Below, piece by piece: positions 1 to 13,634 of a DNA stretch of 64,000 bases (within the stretch, counting starts at the first letter, position 1; the number at the start of each line of letters is the position of its first letter). The position numbers and the translations under genes were made by a program. The stretch comes from Ptychomitrium polyphyllum (lineage: Eukaryota), in the NCBI GenBank assembly GCA_973851085.1, contig OZ316775.1, positions 3,782,001-3,846,000 of the forward strand, read 5' to 3'. The notes under the pieces were generated by a model, which ran no database searches, was not told the origin of the DNA, and saw only the letters and a program-made list of their open reading frames with translations.

Positions 1-310
1 TGCCTGACCAACTCACGACGAGACCAGTGACAGATGATCATGTTTTCACAACACTGACGTCCACGGGCTTCATAGCATACACACATCAGAAGTGCACTGC
101 TCACTCCTCGATGCCGAATTGGCTCTGAAAGCAGAGAGGGCAACGAGGACAACCCAAGCCTGCACTAGAAAGATGTTATCCCTTCAAAGGAGACATCCGC
201 CCCCTCCGATCCTTTCAAACACAAATTCTTGCCCTACATATTCCTCCATGCACCAGACACTTTACTGAGGCCCAGGCCCGACGAAAATCACTCCTCCGAG
301 AGCACCCCAC

Positions 311-1426
311 CTGCTTCAGAGCATCTACTTTTCCCCGAGTCGCTTCAAACAGAGCTTGCGGAGAATCTATTTCTTGAGCCGGTGAGAAGCCCTTCTCCAG
401 ATAGCCCGGGGGATTGAAGACTCCTCCGTTGTTCGAATCTGAAACCTTCCCCAACACTACGTTGGTTGTTTCCGCTCTCTTTCGCTCGGGAACCACCTTC
501 TCGACAGAAGAGGCTGCCACTTCTGCCTCGGTCTGAAGCGCACTCAAGCCTCCTATTCTTCCCTGTGGTGAAAATGACAAGACGGGAGTTGTGAAAACAT
601 TGACACACACCAGTCGTCTGTGTCATGATAGTTTGACTGTTGTGCATCTGAAACCAGCTCAAAGCGACGAGTTGGAACGCCTAACGCTCGCAAGTGCTTG
701 TCATCGCGCAACTCCTCCATCCTGATTGTACACTAGACACTCCGTGAGCGAAGCATAGTAGCCTGTAGTAACCCAACTACGCTCAGATCCAGGATCTATC
801 ACGGTACCGCACATCAAGCGACTATCCAGCATTCAGACATATACTCCTCATCAACAACACGGACAAATAGCAATCGATCCTGATTCCAGACAACGACCTT
901 CAGGACGACGAGCCGTTAGTGACGATCGTACTTCTCTTACCGGAGACCTCCTTCTCTCGACCATAGTCTTCTCAGAAACAGGAGGAAGAGCAACTGGTGA
1001 TGACGAATTTACAACACCGAGCACAGACTTTGGCTTGGTCGGATGCTCCAGTTCCGAAACCTCAAACTCCATGAACAGCGGTTCCGAGTCCTCCAGCTTC
1101 GTCGACGGTTGAAGCAATTCCACCTGACCAAGGGGTTCCTCCTTCACTCCCAGCCCCGCCGGTGCAGATGGTTTTGCCTCTGTCACCAACTTGTCGCGCG
1201 CTCGTTTATCTGGCACCACGTCTACCTCATGACGTTCCTGTGCTGCTTTCTCCTGCATCGACTTGAGGTGTATGGCAACATCGAGGTCGAGGTCATCGCC
1301 CAAAGGAGCAGGGATCGGACCATTCGACTGCTGCCGCAGGCTGACCTCCTCCCGCAGAACTGCCTCTGCCCTGGAGAAATGGTGCCGATGCAAGTACTCC
1401 AGAATGATACCGATGCTGTCCGCCAT
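311..1426 (-). CDS. DYRKP: 5' coding exons (1426-941, 562-311) of a probable plant-specific DYRK-family Ser/Thr kinase; gene continues beyond the left edge
   Basis: ATG at 1426 gives MADSIGIILEYLHRHHFSRAEAVLREE, a LisH-like N-terminus resembling plant DYRKP kinases. Donor CCG|GTAAGA at 941/940 and acceptor CAG|GGA at 563/562 join in phase 0. The kinase domain is not in the window, so the family call rests on the N-terminal motif only. Confidence 0.6.
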
Positions 1427-3249
1427 TGTCACTCCAATGGTATGAACAACCAAATGGCAGCTCACGGCCTATGCCCCGTCCTATCACCCAGATGCCTTAG
1501 CTTATCATCTGGGAAGCCCTGACCATCGCAACTTCTTACCCCTCCAGAAAACTCCGCTAACGCAGGCAAGCCACCTGCTGCTCACCTGACAACGAATAAC
1601 TCACACTCGAAATAGCGCCATCACGTTCGACACCCTTTGCTTCAGTGGTGGCTAGCTCTTCACCCAGTGATTCCAGCTCCTGAACGACCAAGCATTAGGT
1701 TAGATCGGCAGCTGAACACAATCCACGAGTAAATATCTTCAACGTCACACGACATCAATGTGGCACGGCATGTTCTGTCACAAAAAAGACTTCTGCTTCG
1801 CAGCCTGCAGGTCGACATCTGAACCCGACGTCACAAAACTGTGAGTGCCCTTGGAGAAAATCTATCGTTCACAGACGTTCCTCGACTCGTCTCAAGAATA
1901 GATGTAGTCAAAGACGTGATCACAACCAAGCCGTCGTCGAACTCAATTGGACGCCGCTGTCAAGGTGCAGTGTGAGGAAACCGCCGAACGGGGCTGATTC
2001 CACGACCACTCGACATTCCTCTCCGATGGGAGAAGTCGTATGGTGACACACTGCCGTCGGAGACACTGACTGAACAAACTGCGAAAGGGAATGGCCCTGG
2101 CCACACCCTAGCTATTCTGCTCACAATGAGGCAACAAGAACGCAATTGAGCAACACCGTTGGAGTGCGTCCCTTCTCAAAGTCAAGACCGACTCCACTCG
2201 AAGGAAAACCATCCCGTTCTGCTTCTCAGCCGATGCTGAAACCCTAAACATTTATTCCAGTATGCCGAGAACGCCAGAAGCGAGTGATAAGAGCAGATGC
2301 CCCACTTATGCGGCTTCTTCTCCGGCTATCTTCTCAAACTCTCCAGCCTCGCTTCAAACTATCCTTACATCGAACAATCGGAAAGAGGGGACGCACCAGA
2401 TAACCAACTCATGCCGCTACAACCATATACCCCCTCACCCCACCTCTCTACTTCGGACCTCGTGCAAGAATCGCAACTGACTGCTGCACACTTTCCTCGC
2501 CGACGAAGGCGCAATCTAACCCTCAAGAAGATGCCACTCAGTCAAAAGCCGCAAAGCAACAGGCGACTTCCACGGCACTCCATCGACACTCCTTCCCCGA
2601 CCTCGCTTCCACGCAATGCAGTCGCTCTACCACTGAAAAGCCACCACCACCACTCAAACCTAACGCGTCTCCAATCACAAATGCCATCACTCCCACACTC
2701 CTCGCCATACAAACGCCGTCTTGACCCAACAACCGGATTTTCGAACCCTAACAGCCCTGGCGATCCTACCCTAAACCACCACAAACCAACACCCTCGACC
2801 ACCTCAAACCACACACTCAAATACTCAAAAACAGAATATCCAAACTAGTCCTCAAACGCTGTCCTCCCCCCGTTCCCCCATCCCCGACTCTGCGCGCACT
2901 ACCCCCAACACCAGCAAACTCCAGTCTGTTGTTCTCGGAGCCGAACCGAAAGGTCGAGGTTAACTCTGCCCACACGTACCAGCTTGCAAGACAGCAACAT
3001 CGCCATGGCTACACTGCGATGAGGCCGATGCAGAGAAGGCGGGGCGCAATGCGGAACAGGCCACACACCGCCATGGCCGACGACGATCGCCACCACGCAC
3101 ACCCCAAACAACGTCTCTCGTTCTCGCCTCTGCCCCCTGTCCGCACGGACCGAAGGAAACCTCCGATAACAGCGAAACAGGAAAGGAAGCACATCCAACC
3201 TCACGCAGCACAGAAAAACTGGCAGAGAAAGCCCGGGGTCCCTCAGCGA

Positions 3250-3950
3250 TGGCGATCCTCGGAATTAACTCAGGGCACCGGGGCTTGAAACCAGAGAGAA
3301 CTCACGCAACCTCGACAACCGAGCTCGCGAGCCAAGCGAGACACAAGCGAACGCTGTTCCCCCCGTCGCGTGCTGCCCCTGGTCGCGCACCCCTGCCCCG
3401 CCGCAGTTATGGCGATGGCGCCGCGCCAGAGACGGCCCCCTTCCGGCACGCATCGGCTCTCGGGCGCCTCGGTCGCCAAGGCTGCCGGCAAATCCCCCCC
3501 ACCCTGCCTCCGCGGTGTACCGCGCCCCCCGGCCCTACGACCACGGCTGGGCATGTGAGCGCACCCCCGCCCGTGGCTCCCCTGTGCTCCCTCGTTCCCG
3601 CTCTGCATGCGGCAGCGCCCCCCGGAAAGAGTCGGGCGCCGAGGAAAGATTCCGGGCGGGTCGATCTTTCCACTCCTGCGTGCCCCTGCACGACCGGCGC
3701 AGGGCCATGTCCTGCTTGCCACGGTGGCGCCTCCACCTCCGACGAGGTTGCGTTTCTGCAAGCGTGGTGTTGACCATCCACTCACCTCCGCTGGACGTCG
3801 ACCGCGATGGCTCTCCGCCGGGTTTTCGACCCGTTTCTCTTACACCGGATCGTGGTTGCTGCGGTGGAATTGTACGTTTGGGAGTGAATACGAATACCGT
3901 ATCGCATACTAGAATGTTCGAAATGGACATATTTGGTCCTACTTCTTTAG
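3250..3950. promoter_or_regulatory. GC/CpG-rich island, probable promoter region of the minus-strand kinase gene
   Basis: Sharp GC and CpG enrichment upstream of a long leader-like region (1427 to about 3200), followed by an abrupt change to AT-rich DNA at about 4100. Confidence 0.4.
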
Positions 3951-3962
3951 TTTCGGCTTCTC

Positions 3963-4023
3963 AGGCTTTAGATTTGTTTGGTAGAACCCGGAGGCTTTAG
4001 ATTTGTTTGGTAGAACCCGGAGG
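3963..4023. repeat. Exact 29-bp tandem duplication
   Basis: aggctttagatttgtttggtagaacccgg twice (3963-3991, 3992-4020), then agg. Confidence 0.95.
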
Positions 4024-5920
4024 ACACTTGGGACTCGAGGTCCGAAGATGACTGGAGGTGGAAAGTGCGGCGTTGCGCACTATCTAACTCCAGTGTTTGA
4101 AAGTGATGGCTTTTAAGTGTTAGCTTTGGGTACTATTTGGACTTATTATATAACATTTTACACTTTCAATTGTTACCAGCTTGCTTGGTTTCTAGAATAA
4201 TGAAGGGTTTAAAAGGAAAATTCTTTAGAGATTTGATAGTACACAAATATTGTTGCAATCTTTTTTTTTATGTTTTGAGTAAATATTACATTTATTGCAT
4301 GAATTTTAAAAAATTTACATCACCGCAAAGTATATATAGGATTTATTTTCATATACAAGCTTGGACCAATGCCCAAAGACACAAATAGTACCTTATTTGA
4401 AGTATAAAATCATTGTTATTAAGATGCTTTTTACCATACAAAAGACTTTTAAATAAATTGTAGTCCAAAGTTTAGATGTAAATTCAAATAAAGAGGTCAT
4501 TGAGTACTTGGAGTGAATATATTACATAAGGTTTCTATAATGAATATTTTAAAATTTTATGCCATAGTAAAAATTTCTCATATATTTTTATATTTCCTTG
4601 TATTTTATTTGATCTTTCAATTTTAGACCAATTTTTGTGATTTTGGCATGATAGATGGAAGAAAAAAACCCTAATGGAACCAATAATGTATTGGTACTAT
4701 TGTATATTAATCAAACATGTTTAAAAAATGCAAGTTTTATATGTTGGACTGTAAATGTATAGATCATGTGGAGGCAAATGAATTTTTTTGATAAGCATTC
4801 AATGGATATGTGCTTAAAATTGTTGTTTAAAGAAGGAACCAATGTTTTGTATTTTACTTTCAATTGCTTTTAAGTAGAATTAGGTCCATTTTTAGATAAT
4901 AGAAATACAAGAATTAAAATTATCATTTCCTATAAATAAAAAAGGATGGTAAATTTTTATTAGAATTTGGAAATATAACTAAATTATAAGTTGAAGGTTG
5001 TTTATATGGAATAGCCAAATGTGGCATATTAGCAATTGTGATCAAAGAATTTTGTAGTATGGTAAGCTCACATCTCAAAGGGAATTTGTTAAGTTTCCAA
5101 ATGAATTTAGATCTCATAAATTAGTAAGGATCTTTGATGCATGATACAACATTTTTCAAGCATGGGTGCCATAAATGGATGTTACATACTAGATCTAGTA
5201 TTAACATTTGGAAGTAAAGATTAATATAGTCAAAAATCTTTTCACTTTGTATATTATAAGATATAATTGATACAAATTTGCATTTTTAACAATTATAAAT
5301 TCAAATAAATTAGTACCATGCACAATTGAATAATTTTCCAAATTCACAAAAATATGTAAAAAAACTTATTGAAGGAATATTATTTTATACAAATTAATCA
5401 AAGATGCTACATTCATTTTAAGTGAGGTTGTGGATATAACTAGTAACCACCAAAGACATGTTCAATAATGAATAAAAGCAAATTGGGATGGTCAGCTGTC
5501 AGCGAAGGCATTCGTCGTCCGTTGTCAACGAAGGAAGGCACAGATCCTGGAACTCCCAAACCCTCGTCCGCTTCTCGGCCCCCCCCCGTCACAAGTTCCG
5601 CTTCTTCTGCTGCACTTGTGCTGCTATTGCTCCAGGCTCAACCCTCTGTCTATAAGGTGAACTTCTCAATCTCCTAAACAAGCCTGATCTCATGCAATTT
5701 GATGCAGTGTTGCGTATGTTCTCTGCTCAGCGCAGTTTACTGAGTTGCTGTGCTGTATTTCGAAACTGGTTGGGGTAGTTTGCTTGTCAGTTTTGGTTGT
5801 GCTCTCGTTTCTCCCTCGTTTGTATCGGTGTATTGGAGTTTTCGCTGATGGGTGAGAATTCCATTTTCTGAGTTAGTTATTCAGGTTGGAGCATACTTTT
5901 GTGATTGCAGGGAAGCGGCC

Positions 5921-7044
5921 ATGGCGTTAGGGCAGGCAGGGAAGTTTTCCTTGGTGGTGGCGTTTCCGGGGGTGCTTGCTTTCATCCTTGGAATTGTCGC
6001 CGAGAACAAGAAGGTGAGCGTGCATGCTGAACTGGCTTTGGCTGGTTCTTTGGATGTCTCTTGTAGAACATGCAATTGTGTACTATTATCCAATTTTCGT
6101 CGTTTTGATATGTGCGTTTTGAGGCATTCGCGATAATGATGCTTTCAATTTTCATCAATCGAGGGAAGAATGGAGTGTTTGCAAGTGGTCAGAGGTTTTG
6201 AAAAGGTTTTTGTACTGTTGGGTTCCCGCAGCCGACGGGTGACCTAGCTCGGAAAGTGATCACGAATAGTGGATTGACAACATGCTTGTACCCGAAAGAC
6301 CCCACTACTGCTTTGGGTAGTCTAGCAGCAATTTTCCTGTTCATCTCTGCTGTCCTTGCCGTGGTCTCCCTCGTCTACCCGTATGAAGGAAAAAGTATAT
6401 CCTTGAAGAACCTTGCAAAGAGCAAAGGACTCGTGACTTTCGTCACGCTGTCAGTGTAAGTTTCTGATATGTCGAAACACATAATCGGGTTGTGCTTACG
6501 CTTTCAACTCGTGATGTTTTTGTCCTGCCTCTTCTCACATTCATGGACGATTCGAGTCCAATACTAAATCATAGACTCAATTAACGACATGCATGATTAA
6601 ACGTTCACAGCAGATCTCGTTTGTCATATGTACTTGAGCAATTGACCAGAGGTTTTACTGGTGGTTGTCATATCATGAATAAGAAGTAAATTTCTGCAAT
6701 GCGGGCTCAGTTGTTTTTACAAATCATATGTTTGCAGAGTACTCTTCATTGTGGCGGAGTCCCTTCTCCTGTGGGCAACAGTGCTGGAGAGTGTTCATCG
6801 CAACCACAAGCACCATAGCAGTCTAGCAGGTTCTTGCCCTACCGCCAAGGCTGGTTTATTTGGAGGAGCAGCTTTTATGGCGTTGGACTCGACACTCTTC
6901 TGGCTCATTTGCTTGATGTTGGCCATAAACTCCCGGGCTGACCACTTCGGATACGAAGAGGAAGACGTGAAGGGGAACTACGAGGACCTGACATCTGCCG
7001 ATTATGGTCCAGCACTTGGTGCACACATCACACCCAAAGTATAA
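5921..7044 (+). CDS. DUF1218 family multi-pass membrane protein; exons 5921-6013, 6232-6455, 6738-7044
   Basis: GT-AG introns keep the frame. Motifs GIVAENKKP, CLYPKDP, YPYEGKS and CPTAKAGLFGGAAF, plus several hydrophobic helices, are typical of DUF1218. A 5' UTR intron lies at about 5657-5910. Confidence 0.9.
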
Positions 7045-9649
7045 ATCTCACAAGATGGCTTTCATCTCCTTTTGTATACCGGTATTCTAGAAGATTCACT
7101 TGTTTTCCTTTTTCCAACGCGCGGGCAGCATTTCTGTACACTGGAGACATATTGTATACAAGGCAAGTACTAACGTGGTTTCACCCCAGGATCAACACTT
7201 CTGTGCCTAATAATTTGAGATTATTTCACACGTGTCTTCCTGGCAACTTCACCAATTAATTTCACACCTTTAGACTTACATTATTTTGCCAAGTGATCAC
7301 TGATTACGAAGAATCAGCATTTGCCTCAAAATGTTAGACTGACAAGGTTGATAAGAGTCCAGACACACTTTTATGTGGGTCCAGCAGAGGCTTCATTGAA
7401 CGTTATAAGAATACGATGAGACAAAACCTGCAGATGTGTGTCGAGGTAAACCAAGTATTTTAGATCCAAAACAATACACTGATCACAGCTAAGGTGGTGA
7501 TGACTCTAGTTTAATAGAAAATGGATAAATGGTATTGTAGAGGCTGATGTTTGCACATTTGTGAGAACTACACATTGATTCGCCCTAGCATATGCCAAAG
7601 ACACAACAAAATTTCTTGAGATCTTTCAAAATTTAAGTAAGATTCTTTGACATGTGTTTGAAAGAAATGTAAAAACTCAATTATCAAATTTTGATTTACA
7701 TTGGATTCTATAAGAGATGGAAATAAAGGTATGGTGAAGTGATGTCAAAATTATGTGCTTCTCTTGATGAAACAATGTAAAAGTGTAATAGAGCTTTATA
7801 TTGTGTGTGGTGGTTGGTAAAAGAGAAATTTATTGTGAACAAGTTTGTGTTGTTGAGTGGTTGTTCAGTATTTGGTAGCATATAACATAATATTTGTGAA
7901 AACATCATATTTTAATGTAACATTTTTTTTTAAGGTCAACCTATTTTTGCTTAAAATGTCAAATTGTAGTAGTTGATGAAAAATTAAAACTCTCACTGAT
8001 TATACATATAAATTGTAACATTCTTTTATTCATGTATTATAGTTTATGGGGTTCAATCTAATATATCAGTATTAACAATTTATTCTTCAAATAAACTCTT
8101 GAAAAATAAATATTAAACTTTATTATCAATGAAGTTTCACAATTATGGAAATTCTAAAGTCATCAAAGTCTAATATAAAAATTTATATATAAAAAGAAAT
8201 ATTTTCATAAAAGCATATATAAATATACAAATATTTCATCAAATCATACGTACATTTAAAAATCTTAAAAATCTTCCTACAATATATTGTATTTATTACT
8301 AATTAAATTTTTGGTTTTACTATTAGTTTCTAAAATCTTATATATAGTACTTCCTCAATTTCATAAGACAAATATTACAAAATTACACTATATTTATGCT
8401 TCATATATGATAAAATTCCATAATAATTTGCAAAACTTCCAAATTACTATTGTGGCATTCTCACAATTCTTTTAAAATCATAATTCTCAATCTCATTGCT
8501 AGGGCTCTAAAAAATGCAAGGCTTAGAAGAACATTTACTACTTCAACTTCTCCCGCATTAAATGGTTCTTCTATAATTTTTGTTTTGGTTGCTTCTATAG
8601 ACATTGCTTGTTCAAGCATTTGTAGTAGTTCAATTTTCTTGAAATATTTTTTCTCAAAAATGCTCCAATGTTCATTGTCATCTACAATTGCAATGCCACA
8701 TGGATCTTCATGAATCAAATATTTATACAAACAATACATGTAATAACTAGCATTTGCTTTATATTTCATATAATTTATTACAAGATTGGAATTGCTAAAA
8801 TATAATAAGCCCGCAGTTGTAACTTGATTAATAACCTAAATTCAGTCCAATTTTTATTGTAATATTTTATTCTCATAGCTTTTGTTGTTAGCTTTCTAAG
8901 GTTGTTTGTATCTTTTTCATTTGGATTTATAACAAATTTATTATGAATTTCAATAGTTTGATTACATTATAAAAAATTGATAGCAATGGTTTAAATAATT
9001 TATATAAATTGATGGATTTTGGCTATTAGAGAATTTAGAATAAAAATTTTAAGGCTAAAATGTGACTTAATTAATTAGTAAATAGAAGTAGGATTGTGTG
9101 GACTACTATACCTTCTAATTAGCAATGGTTTGATAAAAAATGCTCATTAGAATTATCAAATTCAACAATTGAAGAGAATGCTTAAACATTTAGAAGTGCT
9201 AACTAAGAGGCTAAAGGAAGTAAGGTTAAAGAATAAGGAGAGGTTTGATAAAACTCATAGTTGACACCTAAACCTAGTCAAACTAAAGATTGAATTTTAG
9301 TATATGATAATAGCTTAGAACATTAATATAGTTCTCCAAAGAAATTAAGTCAAATTCAAGAAGATGAAGAATTTGAAGAGCATTTGTTGGAAATTGACGA
9401 AAAAAGTGAAGAAGATCACTGGATTGTATATACTAAAAAGTATCCAAGTTTGATTGGAATGGATGTTGTAATGTAAAATTTATAATAATTAAAATTTAAT
9501 TAAAAAGTGTGTATGCATTTGTTGGAGAGAGAGGGCTAGGAACGGGTTTAATAAAGGTGCTCAAGCACAAAATGGAATGCGATGTGAACAAGGCTGCTGG
9601 AAGATGCGGTGTGCATTGGCTAATAAGAGTGATTATTGCAGTGTGCTTG

Positions 9650-11230
9650 CAAATGAAATTGAGTAGGATGCAGTTTCATCTTTTACATTTGAAATTGGAT
9701 CCAATCTGCTAAAGGATTTTACAATAGTTGGCAAAGACTGCAAGGTTCTTCCATCCTACCTAAAAGATTGTATGATTAAGATTTACTATATTCTTGTCCA
9801 AGGATGCATGACTTATGCATGTATGCATTTAAATTTGCACTATTATTTAGTCAAGATTGGTGATTATATGAACATTACAAAGAAGGTACAAAGCTTTTTT
9901 AGAGAACATGTAGAAAGAATGTTTAAAGCTACAAATCTTGTTAGGGATACAAGAAACAAAAAGCAAAAACGAAGTGTTTTCCAAGAATTAGCTTCCGAAG
10001 CGCTAATGATTAACAACAACTTGATACAAAGACTAGAACAAGGCAAGATATAAGATGATCTACAATTTTTGTTGGCAAGACTAAGGAATACCTTGTCTTG
10101 CTTCCTATTTATACTATGATGTTTGTATTTCCTAGGATACTTCTAAAAAAGCTTCCTACAAGGCTTAAGAATCTTTTAGAAGTCTAAGAAACCTTCACAA
10201 GAAGTTTCCTAAGATGTTGGAACCTTCCTAAGAAGCTTCCAAGGAGCTGAAATCTTCCATGGAAGTTTCTTAAGATGTTGGAACCTTCCTTGAAAATTTC
10301 CTAAAGAATCAGAACCTTCATAGGAAATTTCCTAAAGAATTGGAATCTTCCTAGGAAGTTTCTTGAGGTGGTAGAACTTTCTTAGGAAGTTTCTTAAGGT
10401 AATGGAACCTTCTTAGGAAATTTCCTAGAAAGATATATGAGATGATGGAGCCTTTGTAGGAAATTTCTTAAGGTGGAGGAACTTTCCTAGGAAGCTTCTT
10501 AAAAACATGGAAAGGCTATGGAGACATTTGAAAGTATTCTAAGAAGCTACTATAATATACCAAAAGGTTCTAGAATATTCTAAGGATTATGTTGCATAAT
10601 CTATGTCCGTGACAAATTCTGCCATTATTTTTAAAACTTGCAAAGAATTCCTTAGTGAATTGTTACTTTGTTCCAAAAGAATACTTCTAAAGACTCTCAA
10701 TTTTAATGAACTTGTGCTTGTGATCAACAAGTTTAAGCATATGTTTTCTTCCAACATTTGAAATGCGGTGACTTTTTTCCAATATTTGCATCAAATTTGA
10801 TGTCATGGACAATATTATTAAGTTTAGAGGTTCTAGCAATTCGGCATTTGTCCCAAAAAACAAGTTTTCTAGCAAATGATCAATTTTGTTAAAGTCTTTG
10901 TTTTCAAGATGTTTAAAGTAGGACCTAAGAGTGGAGTAAACTTAGTAAAATAAATGCAAATTGACTATAATTTTGAGTATACTTGGCTCATATTTGACTA
11001 TATGAAACAGGTCAAAAGCTTAACTACTATGGCTTGCCATGCTTATGATGCTAAATACTATTGAATAATGATTGACTATTTGCAACATGCAGTCTAAAGA
11101 TGTTGTTGTCCAAACCTTATTTTGATAGAACCTCAATATTATTGTTATTAGGCATATCATCTATTATTCCAAATTCTAGGAATTCATGGCGAATAATGCT
11201 CAGGCCAGCTAGAATGGTATTTGCCTTATC
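9650..11230 (+). pseudogene. Decayed Mutator-like (MULE) transposase, N-terminal and central part, interrupted by the solo LTR at 9939-10614
   Basis: Reading through stops gives CKVLPSYLKDCMIKIYY...ACMHLNLH...EHVERMFKATN|SAII...VFVFKM..GPKSGVNLV..WLIFDYMK..TTMACHAYD...CNMQSKD...EFMANNAQA. Resembles bryophyte MULE-domain proteins (recalled similarity, not searched). Confidence 0.65.
9939..10614 (-). mobile_element. Solo LTR, Gypsy family A (676 bp)
   Basis: TGTTAGG...GTGACA termini, homologous to the LTRs at 14404 and 20412. Degenerate TSD aatct/aattc. Confidence 0.9.
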
Positions 11231-12821
11231 TATTATGGATAAAGTAACAACAAGACAAGATTTTAGGACTACAAGATATGGAACAAGATATGTCTAAGGA
11301 ATATTAGAAATAAAGAGCTATATTAAGGTATAAAGACAGGGCCAAAGGTTTGAGCTAGACCATAAGAAATGCGTTGTTGATATTGAAGATTCTTTTAACC
11401 TCAATTCTTATATATATTAGAACTACAAGCCTAAGAAACTTCTTGAGAAGCTTTTGATACATTGCTTTGTACTCAAGCAACAACAAGTTGCTTTCTTGGA
11501 GGCTTCTTAAGCCAAGATAACTTCCTTGGAAGCTTCTTAAATCTACTAAGAACCTTTTTAAATGCTTCTAAATGTATGTCCATGACATTACCTCCCATTT
11601 TAGCTCTTAGGTCTCCAAGGATTATGTAACAATAAGCGTCTAGAGTCATAAGAAGTCAAAATTTGTCGCATGGTGTCTGCAATATATTCCAATTGCCTTT
11701 TACGATTCAAATGGTCCATGGATCCTTATAACTATTGATAGTATCCAACGCCTTCTACTTTGGACCAATCATGAACTTTTGTATATCTGTTGTGAAAGCG
11801 TCTTTCAAACACCACTTTTTAATAACCTATATAAATTGACTCTACTTCAAAGATAATCATCAACAATCTATTATTGGGTATCTTTTGACATCCTTTTGGT
11901 CCAATTTTTTCTTTGTCACGAGGTTGTCAATGCAAGCTACTTGGTTGGTTTGACACCACTGGTATAATATTTGCATCTTGCATGTCCATATCTATTATAC
12001 TAAACTAACTTCAAAAAACTATGATAAACTCAAAATACAAAGGTTTAAATTTTAAATAATGTATGGGGCTTCAAAAACTTATGGTGTAGGAATTGCTTTC
12101 TTTCCTACTTAAAAGCTCAAAAAAACAAGAGCCTTCAGGATTATGCAACATTATTGACCCATTGTTCTTTGTACTGTTACTTTTTATTTGGATGGATGTT
12201 GTCAATGGAAGTCACAAATATTCATTGGTGAATTGGCAAGATCGCTAGTTGAATCTACTGTGCGTTTGTTAATGTCATATTTGCGCCAATACACAAAGTA
12301 TTCTAACTTTCAACAATTTATTTGTGAATCAAATACTTCTTTTATTTCAAATTCATGATGATTGTTGATTTTGACCACATGTAATGGCAGTTACCTTTGT
12401 CTAGAAATAGTTGATTCCTTATAGGCTTCCAAAAGTGAAATATAGAAGACTGGATGTACCTTCATTGATGCTGGACGTTCCAAATGGTATGCCACATGGT
12501 TGATTTGTTTTTGAATTGCAAATGGTTCCAATCTACAATAATCCAGTTTGTCATATGGCTTGATGGTCTTTATACAGCATAAAAGAACCACACCTTCTCA
12601 CCAATTTGGAATGAGGGTTGTTCCTTCCTTATTGCATTTGCTATTGTTTTGTATTATTTTCAAGCTTCTTCAAGTTGAGTCTTTATAGTTTCTTGAAGCT
12701 CTGCCAGCTTTGTGGTATATTCTTTGCTTGCTAGATTTTTAGATTGTGGAAGCTGTAACATATCCATCTTTGAATGATATCCATAATTGGAGTAGAATCG
12801 TGTTTGTTGGATGGAAGCGCG

Positions 12822-13634
12822 TGTTAGCGGCCTACTAGGTGTTATATCCGATACTACCAGACTTCTTCTACTGACCTTTCTCTATCAATACTATCGGACA
12901 TCTTCCAACGATAACTACCAAATGATAATAATAGATTATTAGTTCAGACATATAGATGTAAATTCAATTTTGTAGGATCTTGAATCTAGTATTTAATCCC
13001 TCAACCAAGAAAGTTGAGGTTGTGTTGTATTTTGTTTTTTCCATGAAACAAGTTATAAATTCTATACTTGAATTTTCTCTTCAATTTTATTTTAAAGTAA
13101 ATGTTTCTTATGTACGTTCTTCCATTCTAGCAAATTCTATAGTATTTTTATATTATAATTCTTAATACTACTATGTCTCTTCCATTCGGTAGTATCAATT
13201 ATAAAATTGTATAGATTGCCTTTCTTAAATCAAGACTTTTTAGTAAAATGCTACCAAGTCTCTAAATATTTAGTAGTAACCAAACATAAATCTGGGATAG
13301 ACTGCCATTCTTTGATAATGATTCTCCAATAAAGAACTACCAAGTCTTTGATTACTTAGTAGTTACCGACCATAACAGTTTTTTCTATGAAACAAGTTAT
13401 ACACTCCATACTTTGATCTTTTCATCAACTTCATTTTAGAGCAAATGTTTCTTACATATGTTCTTCCATTCTAGCAAGTTTTATAATATTTTTGTAGTTG
13501 AATTTCTAATCTATCATATTTCTTCCATTTGGTAGTATCAACTATAAATTTGTATAGATTGCTTTTCCTCGATAATGATTTTCCACTAAGAAACTACCAA
13601 GTGTTTGATTACTCAATAATTATTGATCTTAACA
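12822..13634. mobile_element. Probable solo LTR of a third family (C), inserted in the B1 integrase
   Basis: TGTTAG...TTAACA termini. The host integrase resumes with a 5-bp overlap (gcgcg/tcatg; host consensus gcgtg seen at about 51234 and 58423). Contains an internal duplication of about 190 bp. Confidence 0.7.

Noticed and set aside
2262..4000. Many overlapping 100-180 aa ORFs on both strands
   Set aside because: Expected in GC-rich leader or promoter DNA; low-complexity translations with no recognisable motif.
4100..5450. AT-rich region that looks TE-derived (likewise 7500-9500, 42230-43447 and 56699-58060)
   Set aside because: No termini, TSD or protein motif could be supported by eye.
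10170..10500. ~30-bp palindromic repeats resembling a CRISPR array
   Set aside because: The units are contiguous with no unique spacers, lie inside an LTR, and there are no cas genes in this eukaryotic context.
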